Source: Lytechinus pictus (lineage: Eukaryota). From it: a DNA stretch of 64,000 nt. The stretch is taken from positions 11,162,001 through 11,226,000 of the forward strand of contig NC_087251.1 of the NCBI RefSeq assembly GCF_037042905.1. Direction: 5' to 3'. Within the stretch, counting starts at the first letter, position 1. Each line of letters begins with the position of its first letter. Under the pieces are notes generated by a model that worked only from the letters and a program-made list of their open reading frames with translations, had not been told where the DNA came from and made no database searches. Of this stretch, positions 35,201 to 47,666 are shown piece after piece. Both the position numbers and the translations under genes were made by a program.

Positions 35201-38200
35201 CGTTTGTTTATTAGGAAATTTAGTTATGAATCATCAAGTGCTTTCATACGCCTCTTCTGATAAATGATTATTACATAATAAATGTTGAAAACGAGGACGG
35301 TATCTGGACAACTACCCCCTGGACAATTACCCCCCCCCCGAGGACAATTACCCCCCGGACAACTACCCCCGGACAATCACCCCCCGGACAATTACCCCCC
35401 GAACAACCACCCCCGGACAATCACCCCCCGGACAATTACCCCCCGAACAACCACCCCCGGACAATTACCCCCGAGGACAACTACCACCGGGAACAATTAC
35501 CCCCCCCCCCCCCCGAGGACAATAACCCCCTAGACAATGGGAATGGACAGGGTCATACTACGGCCGTACGTTTGACGTAAGAAGTACTCAAGGCATTCTC
35601 GAGTATCTTAGAATCAATCGAACGCCGTAAGAAAGCCGTAAAAGTGAGTTCCATCTGCAAATCTTTACCAAACCCAGAATTCGATCATTATATTTATGTC
35701 ACCGTAGCATAAGATCATTTGTTTTAGAAATCTTCATAGTGGCGTAGCTACGGGGGGGGGGGGGGCAGGGGGCACGTGCCCCCCCCCCCCTGAGATTTGG
35801 TGTGCCCCCCTCCTGAAGAAAATTGGCGGAGCAAAAAAAAGTGGAGAAAGAAAGAAAAAAAGAGAAAGATAGAAGAAAATTAGAGGAGGAAGAGGAGTGA
35901 ATAGAATAAGGTGAGGGGTAGACTTTCTTTTTACGTCACGAATTTTCGCTCACGCTTCGAGCTCGCATTGCATGTTCGATAAGATTCATTTCTTGCTTAA
36001 TATAGGCTGATATGGAGCTTAAAATATCAAGTTTTGAAGTAAACATACAAAATATGTTTCAGCTCGGATATCGAGCTTTCAATATTTTTTTTTTAATTTA
36101 CAAATTGATTTTTCAAGTGCTCTGTAAAATTTCCGTTTTATGGTCTAAATATTAATATTTTCAGCTCAGGCTGGGCGGTCGCATTATTTGATTTACCAAG
36201 TTCCTATTATTTAGTATATATGTATAGGCCTACTTTTTTATAAATTCTCACAAACCGTCCTCAAAGTGCACCTTAAATTGTATATCCTTAATACTATCAT
36301 GATTGCCAATTTGTATGGAAAAAGTGTATTTGATTATGTCCTATTGTTTACAATTTAGTAATTTTTGTACTTAATTTCCTTCTTTAACGTTTAATTACTT
36401 TCACCCTATAATAATAACACAAGAACGCCTTGTAATTTTACCATTTAGGGCCTAAATTGTACTGTATTAAGTTATAAAGCTACATCTTAATTTGGAATGT
36501 GCTCCAATTGTTTCATAATTCTTAGCTTCTTGTTAGTTGAATTGTTTTAAAATAACAGTTTTATAGGTCCTACTTGTCAGTGTTAGTGTTGATGGTTACG
36601 TTATCGACTTTCAATATTTCTACCTTTGAAGGTGTCTTTTTAACGTTTTGTCTATTTGCCTGATTTTTTTCCTGAAATTAAAACCTAAATAAACAAAATA
36701 ATCAGATCAGTTGGAATCAGAGATATTCAGTATTTGTGATTAGTATGTATAATCGTGTCCTTTCATGAATGTTCAATTATTCTATGAAAACTTAGTACAT
36801 GTTTGAGGGCCAGTTTACATATATGATGCATATATGCATAGCCAAACGGGAGGTTTGGGGCGCAAGGCGCCCCCCCCCCCCCTTCATGATGCAGAAGGCG
36901 CCGCTAAACAAAACAAAAAAGAAGAAAAAAGGGGGAAAGGAAGAAAAAAGGAAAAAGCAAGGAAAAAAGAAGAAAAGGAGAAAGAGCGATATAAAAGAGA
37001 GAGTTATTAACATAAGATAAAGTAGAAAATAACATTTCGAAAAACCTGTGCCACCGACCAAGACAAACAATGGGTCCCGCTTGATTCTAACATCGATGCC
37101 GGAGAGAAGGGGGGGGGGTTTTCCGGGGGTAATTGTCCTGGGGTATATATCCTCAAAGGTAATTGTCCTCGGGGGTAATTGTCCGGGGGTAATTGTCCGG
37201 GGGGTAATTGTCCTCAGGAGTAATTGTCCTCAGGGGGTAGTTGTCCGGGAGGTAATTGTCCTCGGGGTTAATTGTCCGGGGGTAGTTGTCCGGGGGTGAT
37301 TATCCGGGGGGTAATTTCCCTAGAACCAACGAGGACATGTTGTTAAAGTCTCAAACTGGTCGATTTCACTGTTTCTGCTTCTTCTTCTGTTGGGTAGGCC
37401 TGTATTCCTACACTGTTTAGATCGCAATGGAAGTAGTACACACGGTGTCCAGTTACTTCACACTTACCTCAGATGGCATTGCGATAGCATTTTCGTTTGG
37501 TTTCAACAATAACAGGCACGCTGACGCTGATGCGAGCACAAAGGTATAATATTGTATCATCTTGCATTGGCGAACAAACTTTTTCTTTTAAGCAATAATT
37601 TACTTATTAATCATGATCGGTAACTCAAACTAAAGGTTTGGAAATCCCATGCTATGTTTTTTTTTCATTCATGATGGCAGGCTAATTACGAATTTTATAC
37701 ACTTCTAATCTATGGAATGCTGGTTGTCATCATACGAAAGATAAATGCCAAATAATTCACTGAAATTCATTCTATACTCCATCTTTCATTTTCTTTTCAT
37801 TTCAAAAATAATTCAATTCATCTGCATACTTTCCCTGCTGGATTAGAATAATCTAGAGATGGCACCAGACACTCCATAAAAGTGTAGTCAGACCAGAACT
37901 TAACCATTGCCATGAGAAAACCACCATGTTTATAACCAGATGATAATATGTGCATGATAATGTACTTTTCACGGACATCAATTTTTCTATTCGACCTATG
38001 TATTTTCTATGGATTCTTCTTCAGGTCTTGGCAATTCTTCTGTTTTAGGTTCTGGTAATTTTCCCGTTTCAGATGATAGTCCAAATTCGAAAAGTGATTA
38101 TGTTCCTATTTTATTAGGGCTCTTTTTTTACTCTTGCAATATGCTGTATATTTGTTTTCTCTTGATTTCCGTTTTTGCCAAGAGATTAAGACAATATGAT

Positions 38201-40121
38201 TTTAAAGTCGTACTCCAGGCTGAAAATGAATTTATCTACATAAATGGAGTTAAATCCAAAACCACAAAGACGAAAATTACATCAAAATTCGAGGACAATG
38301 AACGAAGTTATTGAATATTAAAATTTAGCAATATTTTGTGAGAACAATTATATGCACACTGTCATAAATAAAGGTGGGCTGATGATGTCATGCCCCCGCT
38401 TTCCCTTTTTTCTGAAATCAAAATAATTTGATATTATTATTATTTTTATACAGGTGGGTATAATGTATCTTTACTTATACCACCCCCCTCCTTCTCTCTC
38501 TCCCCCTCTCTCTCTCTTATATGGAAATGATTCACCGTATAGGATTTCGGAATAGACCGTCAAGTAGTGTTGAAGCCGATAGGGGATCCTTTTGCAGTTC
38601 ATGATATGGGCCAACGTGAAGGTCTCAGCTTCTTTGACATAAAACTGGCCAACCTGATCTACCCTGGTGACAGTCATCGCTCTGGAACTGACCCATGTGG
38701 TGCCAACGGATACAGAGACAAGACTTGCAAATGCCAATGTTTATACACTTTCCAGGGAGAATTCTGCGATATACCAGACGAAACAAATGGTAATGAATAG
38801 AAACATGTATCGGTATTATCATTCTAACATAATACTTACACACGCACGCATAACCCCCATACACACCCAACCTCACCCCACAAACACATACACACGTGTT
38901 TTGGGGTTCATTTATCTACCTAAATTGAACTTTACCAAATTATTGTTCTTACAAAGCTGGAACACGATATAAAGCAAAAGAATAAGGATACCATTGTAAT
39001 TATCTCTAATGAACGAGATCAATAAATTGGTCAAAATGAAAGAAAAAAATACAAAAAGCCATACATACACTCTTAAAAATATTGGGTCCGACCAATTAAA
39101 ATGGTCAGAATCCACTAGAATTCTGGTAGATTATTACTAATTTTTTTAATAAGTTTTGACGGTCGGACACAACAGATTTGTATATTGGCTCATTCATTGG
39201 GTATTTTGACCGATCCTGTTTACGAAAAAAAGTCAATTCATTGAGTAATCTATGTCAAGGTTGATTTTAAACCCACTTGCGTGAAATGCAAACTTTTGAT
39301 CCCATGTGTTAACCAATAGGTTAAGTTAGCCCACCTTTGTGAATCTGCATGGCCAAGGAGTTAAAATTTGCAATTCTCGTGTTAAAATGCATCAGAACGC
39401 GTAATTTAATTCATGGTAGAACTTTAAAACACATTAAAATTTCTAGAACATGAGTTCAATTCAATTCAAAATTTATTTCAATCAATCATAAAGATACATA
39501 AAATACATACATTTTGATTAAAAAAACATGGGATTGGGAGCTCCTGGAAGTTAAAAAAACTAGTGGGTGGGGCACCACACACAATTATGAAATCAAATAC
39601 AAAGCAATATGAAACATACAGAAAGAGTAAACAACAAATAACATTGAAATACAATGCAAAAAATGGGCTAATGCAGAGGAAATAAACAAACAAACAAGAA
39701 ATGATAACTGTAAACAATAGTGACATACAGTGTGCTATTGGCAGGATTTTAATACTGAGAGAAAAATTCATCTGTCAGAAGTTTTTTTTACATTTATTTA
39801 GAGCTTTACCTTGTTAAATATCATTGTTCAAATCATTCCATAGCTTGATTCTTCTACAACTTAGAGAATTTTTGGGTAATTTTAGTTTTTGGAAGATATT
39901 GGTCAAGATCTGCTGAATGACGTGTAAATTATGAATGGTAAGAGGCCTTTGTGTTGAAAAGATTAATAAAAACATTTGGCAAGAGATTTGAATTGGTAAT
40001 TGTACATAAATATACACACTTAAAATGTTGGACAACATACTGTCCAGAGTATCCACTGTGGTGGGGAATGTATGTTGGTAAATATATATATATATTTGCT
40101 CAATTGGATAAAAATTGCCCA

Positions 40122-40178
<57 letters not shown>

Positions 40179-43100
40179 TATATATTCTGGGCAATTTTTA
40201 TCCAATTGAGCAAATTTATTACCCAATTTGGGCAGATTTTAACCCATAGTTGTGTGGACAGTATGTTGCCCATCAGGTTGGTTAAATGTTGAGGCCTTTT
40301 TTTTTGTATTAGTACTGTCACAGATTTTCAATATTTTACAATCGAGAAATAACTCGTTTTTATCAAATATCCCATGTTTGATATCAATATATCAAACTTA
40401 CAGATGTAATATGTTTGAGCAATATTGTCTATATAGGAATTGTCGTCATTGAAACTTCAATGGATGGGGTCATGATCACAATAGTCTTAGGAGGTGATAT
40501 CATAGAATTATAATTTAGATTCAGTTTGAGCATTTTGCGTGTGTTACTGACCCCGATGCATGTAAAGCAGAACAGTACTGTTATACACACAGCCATCTAC
40601 CCATGTCAATTGTTATTTAATAAGCATTTGATTATACTGTATTTTTTTATTTCGAAAAAAAAAAAAGTTTAAGCCCCAGTGGCAGATAACGCTTACTTCC
40701 CATCAAACCTTTGCAGTTGATCGCGAGATGCCAACAGCTCAAACTGGCGAATTCTGTTCCCCTGGCTATGACGGAACCACTCCATACAGTAACGGCAAGT
40801 CTTTCTCTACGTATTTAAAGGTTGGTTGAAAAAAACTATTTGAAATCATATAAATTATTAAGATAATACACTTTTTTCTTAAATTTGAATAATTATTGTT
40901 CAAAATTCTAAACGATGTAAATTGTATAATGATATATAAAACTATACCCCCTCCTCTTTATTTTATCTTTTTTTTTAAATGTAATTGTATATACCGGAAT
41001 GTGCAATGCTTTCTCAATGGTTTTCTGTGAGGGCTCGCATGCCTCTGGGTAATAGTACTGAATTTTACTTTTGCGCGTCCCGGCCCATGGAAAACCATTG
41101 TTATACTTTTTATCCTTTCCTTTCGTTTTTAATTATTTGTATTAAATTATTTAAATTCAAATTGTATTTTTGTCTTTACACTGTACAAGTTGTTTTTTTT
41201 TGTTGCAAAATATATAATGATAATAATAATAATAATATACTGTTAATGTATGCTTGTTCTCATAAACATGATAAAATTGACATAACCTTTGGGCTAATGT
41301 GTCTTTTCCCTTGTCAGTTTGTTCAAGAGATGGTTAATACGGGAGAGGTGTCTAATGTCAATAAGACCCTTTAGACTTTGTTAATTTCTCGTCAATGATC
41401 CGAATGCACTCAGGAAAGTGACATTCAGTTGAACAACACAGGTGTCTTATTTAGCATTCATTAGCATTGTTAAAGGTGTAGCATTCCATCAAGTCGTGTA
41501 TTTTTACTTTTTTTGCAAATCAAATATGTGTAATTTACAGTATATATTTACTTCACTGTAGTCTTAATCAGAACGTGGATCTTGGAGTAAATTATTTTAT
41601 GGATGGATTGAAATTCCAAAGATATTTATCTTATCACATCACAGATGTAGGTTGTTTTGGTCGGAGAAAGGTCGGAGGAAGCCCACTTTTACTCCGACCT
41701 TCCTCCTACCAAGATACCCGGATACTCCTGGAAAGCAGTAGGAGCATCTTGGTCAGAATAATACAAAATTAGCCGGCACCTTTGGATGATTTTTACAGAT
41801 AAATGGCGTTATACAAATGTTGTTCATCATCATCAGCATCATGTCTGATTTATATTAATATGTTTAGTCTTCTGATATAAGGCCTATGTTGTGTTTGTAT
41901 CGTGTTTACTTGTGAAGTATGTAAAGTCAAAATTCAAATTCAAAAGTTTTAGAGCAACCTTTATGATGCTGAAAAATGCTTATGGCATAGAGGTATTCAC
42001 CACACCGTGTATTGCCCAGTCCTCTTCATTGATATTAGCATTGTTATTATTTTTAGTAGTAATAGTAGCAGTAGTAGCAGTGTCATCATTATTATTGGAA
42101 GAGCCGTGGTGTAGTGGTTCTGACTCTCGCCTTGTAAACAGAGGGTCGTATGTTCGAATCCCACCGCGGTCAATTGTCCTTTGGCAAGGTGTTAATCTAC
42201 TCTTTGCCGGCACTCTCGACCCCGGTGCTAAATGGATACCCGGTAGGATGCGAAAGAGTATGTTTGAATTTGCCAGCGCCAAAATGAGGCTGCGATGAAT
42301 GCAAGGAATGCTCCCCAGGGAGTGGAATTTGTGCACTTTTCGTGCGGGATTGAAATGAATCCAATGACCGGGGTATGTAAAGCGCTTTGAGCCGTTCTGG
42401 GAAAAGCGCTATATAAAAATTGGATATTATTATTATTAATTATTATTATTATCATTATTACTACTATTATTATTATTAATGTTGTTGTTGTTGTCGGTAT
42501 TATTATTAACATTACTATTATCACTATTGATATTAAAATAATATTTTTATTCACCTTTTTTTCTTTCCAGGCAGATCCAGGCGAACTGATCCGCGTTCAT
42601 TTCGATTTCTTTAACCTTGAAAGTTATGATACAACGTATAACCGTTGTTGGGATGGGCTTACAATAAATGTAGATGATATGTTTGGTTTTGGGACCACTT
42701 ACTGCGGGAATAATATACCTCCAGATGTAGAAGGTCAGGAAATAATGGTGAACTTCCATTCTGACGACTCAGTGAATGCGAAAGGATTTCACGCTACATA
42801 CTCAAAGGTGACAACAGGTAGGCCTGATTATATTGTATTCTATTGTATTTATTTAAAGGAGAATGAAACTCTTGGAGCAAGTTAGCTTTTGTGAAAGCAG
42901 AAAAATCAAAGAATAAGATCAACAAAAGTTTGAGTAAAATAGGACTAGCAATAGAAGAGTTATATGGAGATCCTCCCATTGGCAATGCGATCAAGATCTA
43001 TGATGTCACAGACAGCGGCGTAACAGGGGTCGGTGGCCAGGGGGGGCAAGAGCCAAAAATTTCCCGGTCATATCATGGTATGAACAGGCGTAATGGTGTA

Positions 43101-46100
43101 ATGAGGCGACTATTTTGAGAAGGCCAGATATTGCGTATCGGGCAAAATTTATCTTTTAAAAAAAGTAGCGAGCGAGCGAAGCGAGCGAGCAAAAATTTTG
43201 ACCTTTTTAATACAAAATCAAATTTTGTGATAGATTTTGACATGATATCCAAAAAATAATATATTTCAATCTTCTCTCCTTAGATTCCCTATTTGTGGTC
43301 TGTACACCACTGTGAAAAGGATTTTTTGCGGCAGTAGCATAAAGAGTTTTTAAAAAAAATACGAGGGGCACAGTATAGCACATGTGCTAAAAAGCTGCTA
43401 TATATAAGTCCCGAGCGAGCGAGAAAAAATCACCTTTTCATGAGAATCTAACTATTTTTTGACATTATATTCAGTAAATAAAATCATATCCTACACTTTT
43501 CCTTTGCGTTTCTTTCCTCCTTTTTTTTTTTGCTTTTGTTTGTAAAACTTTTGGGGGCCATGGCCCAACCCTTCCATACGCAGTGCTGTACGGGTGGGGT
43601 CCGGGGCGGAGCCCACGGAACTTCTTGATATCAAAGCCATTTAAACGTTGCAGATTGCCGCTATTTTAATCAAATCGCGGGCATATAGAGAATATAACTT
43701 TTACATAACACATTTATTCAACCCAGTTGCGTAATGAACCAAATATTTTGAGGGGGCAAAACAAAGCAATGTGGGAAAATTTGTAAAAAGTCGCCAGCGT
43801 GCAAAGCGAGCTGGAAAAAAAAAATGCCAATTGAAATTAAATTCTAATTATGTGATAGATTTTCCCATTATATGCAACAAATAACACATTTCATTGTTTC
43901 CATTCATTTCATTATACGTTGTCTCTATTTCCTCTTGGGTGTGGAACCAAGACCCCCCCCCGCCTGTATGCCAGTGATTATAGGGCTTTATAGAGCCATT
44001 TGAAGGTTATAAATGAAGAGCCCCTATTGCGTGGGGTCTGGGGCAAAGCCCCGGTAGCTTATTTACATAAAATTTAGCAAGCTTGTAGCACAATGTTGTA
44101 TGCATGTCCATCTTTCTTCCCGCTCTTTAATTTCAATCATCGGCAGCCCGGTTGTGTTATTTTTGTTCTTGTCCCTTTTCTTTGTTTTCCAATTTAGCTT
44201 TTGACTAATTCCATTCTACCTTCGTTTCCCGCTATTGTTTGCCAATTTGTTATCTTTTGATTTATTACCCATCGTGCTATTGCATTACATAGGCCTATTT
44301 CGGAATGATTTACTTTCTCAAATGTTCTTCTTTCGTACATTTTCCCGCTTTCCTTCTTTTTCCATTAAAAAAAATGTTTTTTCGTCGTTTTCTTTTCGCT
44401 TTTCCCTTTCCCTTTCCTTTTCCTCCTTCCCCTTTCCCCTTTTCTCCCCCTTTCCCTTTCTTTCTCCATCCTTTTTTTTCTTTTTCCCGTTTTTCTTTTA
44501 TTTTCCCGGTGAAATCCGCCAGGGGGCAGCTTGCCCCTCCTGCCCCCCCCCCCCCCCCGCCTCAGCGGCGTAACAGGGGTCGGTGGCCAGGGGGGGCAAG
44601 AGCCAAAAATTTCCCGGTCATATCATGGTATGAACAGGCGTAATGGTGTAATGAGGCGACTATTTTGAGAAGGCCAGATATTGCGTATCGGGCAGAATCA
44701 TCATGAGAGATGTATCTCTATGGGCAGAATTTATCTTTAAAAACAGTTGCGAGCGAGCGAAGCGAGCGAGCAAAAATTTTGACATTTTTAATACAAAAAT
44801 CCAATTTTGTGATAGATTTTGACATGATATCCAGAAAACAATATATTTCACTTTTCTCTCTTTAGATTCCCTTTTTGTGGTCTGTACAATACGCCACTGT
44901 GAACAGGATTCTTTGTGGCATTAGCGTGAAGAGTAAAAAAAGAAAAAAAAACAGGGGAGCAGTATAGCACATGTGCTAAAAAGCTGCTTTATATAAGTCC
45001 CGAGCGAGCGAAGCGAGCGAGAAAAAAAAATCACCTTTTCATGAGAATCTAACTTTGAGCTATCTTTTGACATTATATTCAGTAAATAAAATCATATCTT
45101 ACACTTTTCCTTTGCTTTTCTTTCCTCCTTTTTTTTAATTCTTGTTTGTAGAACTTTTGGGGCCATGGCCCAACCCTTCGATACGCAGTGCTGTGCGGTT
45201 GGGGTCCGGGTGGAGCCCCCGAAACTTTTTGATATCAAAGCCATTTAAACCCCGCAGATTGCCGCTATTTTAATCAAATCGCGGTCATATACAGAATATA
45301 GCTTTTACACAACACATTTATTCAACCCGGTTGCATAATGAACCAAATATTTTTAAGGGGCAAAACATAGCAATGTGGGAAAATTTGTAAAAAAAGGTCG
45401 CCAGCATGCAAAGCGAGCTGGAAAAAAATTGCCAATTGAAATTAAATTCTACTTATGTGATAGCTTTTTCCATTATATTCAGCAAATAACGCATTCATTT
45501 AATGATATACGTTGTCTCCTACAATCTATTTTATTTTCTCTTGGGTGTAAAACCAAGACCCCCCCCCCCGCGCCTGTATGCCAGTGATTGATTGTGATTG
45601 AACGGGGGGCGTTATAGAGCCATTTGAAGGTTATGAATGAAGAGCCCCTACTGCGTGGGGTCTGGGGCAAAGCCCCGGTAGCTTATTTGCATAAAATTTA
45701 GCAAGCTTATAGCACAATGTTGTATGCAGTCCATCTTTTTTCCCGCTCTTTAATTTCAATCATCGGCATGCAGCCCGGTCGTGTTATTTTTTTTTTCCTT
45801 GTCCCTTTTCTTTTCCAATTTAGCTTTTGACTAATTACTCTCTACCTTCGTTTCCCGCTATTGGTTGCCATTTTGTCATCTTTTAATTAATTTCCCACCG
45901 TGCTATTGCATTACATAGGCCTATTTCGGAATGATTTGTTCTTTCTCAAATGTCAGTTCTTCTTTCGTACATTTTCCCGCTTTCCTTCCTTTTCCATTAA
46001 AAAAATAAAGTTTTTCTTCGTTTTCTTTTCCCTTTCCCTTTCCTTTTCCTCCTTTCCTTTCCCCTTTCCTTCCCCTTTCCCTTTCTTTCTCCCTCCTTTT

Positions 46101-47625
46101 TTTCTTTTTCCCGTTTTTCTTTTATTTTCCCGGTGAAATCCGCCAGGGGGGGCAACTTGCCCCCCCTGCCCCCCCGCCTGTTACGCCACTGGTCACAGAT
46201 GAACAACTCCCCCTTTTGGACATTGAAAATATACCCCAAAACATCTCTTTTTGCTCATTTTAATCATATGACAAACGATTCATCAATGATATAATGTTGT
46301 GAAACCTCTGTACTTGTCTTCTCATAAAGAGAACACCTCACCTTGTGTGATAGACTCTATAAAAGTGAGAATATAAGTGAAACAAGTAATTAAGTAATGA
46401 GGGAGTTGTACGTGTGTGACATCACAGATCTTGGTCGCATTGCCAATGGGAGGATCTACATGGCATTAGTGATCTCGACATTCAAGTGCTCATAACTTTC
46501 TTATTATTCATTCAATCTTCCTCAAACTTTCAACAATATGTTTCTTTGATTTTTCTCTTTGATATGGATTCAGCTGGTTTCAAGGGTTTCATTCTCCTTT
46601 AATCACGGTAAAACTTACATTCAGTCATAACAGACTGCTTTTCAGCAAGTCCGTGAACATTAAAAAACATGTAAAAAAAGAAGAATATAATGATCGTCTT
46701 CGCCACAAAGAGAGAATACTCTATGATATAGGTTTCTGTTTCTTGTACTAGAAGACGGCGACTGGTCAGGTTACCTAACGGTCCTTGTAATGATTTATTA
46801 TAGGCCCTAATCTTGTTTTGTCTTAAATTTTGTTCAAAGCAAGGAGCTTTCAACAGATCCTTGCTCCAAGTGAAGGATTCCTCTCGTCCCATACCCCACC
46901 CTTTACACTACTTCACCGTTTGTTTCCTTCCTTCTTTCTTCCTTTCTTTTTTCATCTTTATTTATTTAATAATTTATTTAATTGGATATCTTTAAACATG
47001 ATAACATGATTAGATTAACTGTTCTTCAGTAAAGCCCCGTTAACATAAAGAACATGTAAAATATACTTCAACTTATAGATGCTACAAATACAGTAATTAA
47101 AATCCATTAAAGCAGAAAAACAGTAATATATATATACATACTGTATGTGTGTGTGTGAAATTACACATGTACAACAGAGCTTTGGCAACTCTTTTATTTA
47201 AATATTTTGTGAAAGAAATGGATGAAGAGAACAATGGTACGCGTAGTTTAAATCAAGGTTCCCCAGAGCTATCTGCCCTTTGGAAAAATTGGTGATGCCG
47301 AAAAAATGTCTCTGCCGGGAATCGAACCCGGGCCCCCAGCTTTGAGCGCCGGTGTCTTAACCACTAGACCACAGAGACGGGTTAGTGGCTAGTGCGACCC
47401 CGATCCGATTGACCGTCAGATAGACAGATTTTCGACACTATACCAATTATAATTTCCTTTGTCAGGTGTGGTTGGGTTTTGAACAATGCTATACATATAT
47501 ATATATATATTTATATATATATAATTTGAAAGAAATGGATGAAGAGAACAATGTTCTCTTCATCCATTTCTTTCAAACAATATTTAAATAAAAGAGTTGC
47601 CAAAGCTGTAGTACATGTATAACTT

Positions 47626-47666
<41 letters not shown>

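Noticed and set aside
35282..35533. Pro-rich ORF (PPGQL repeats) and its Gly/Val-rich counterpart at 37048-37299
   Set aside because: Translations of the MULE terminal minisatellite.
47307..47378. Selenocysteine tRNA
   Set aside because: 72 nt with a 4-nt variable loop and 7/5 fold; tRNA-Sec has a long variable arm and a 9/4 fold.
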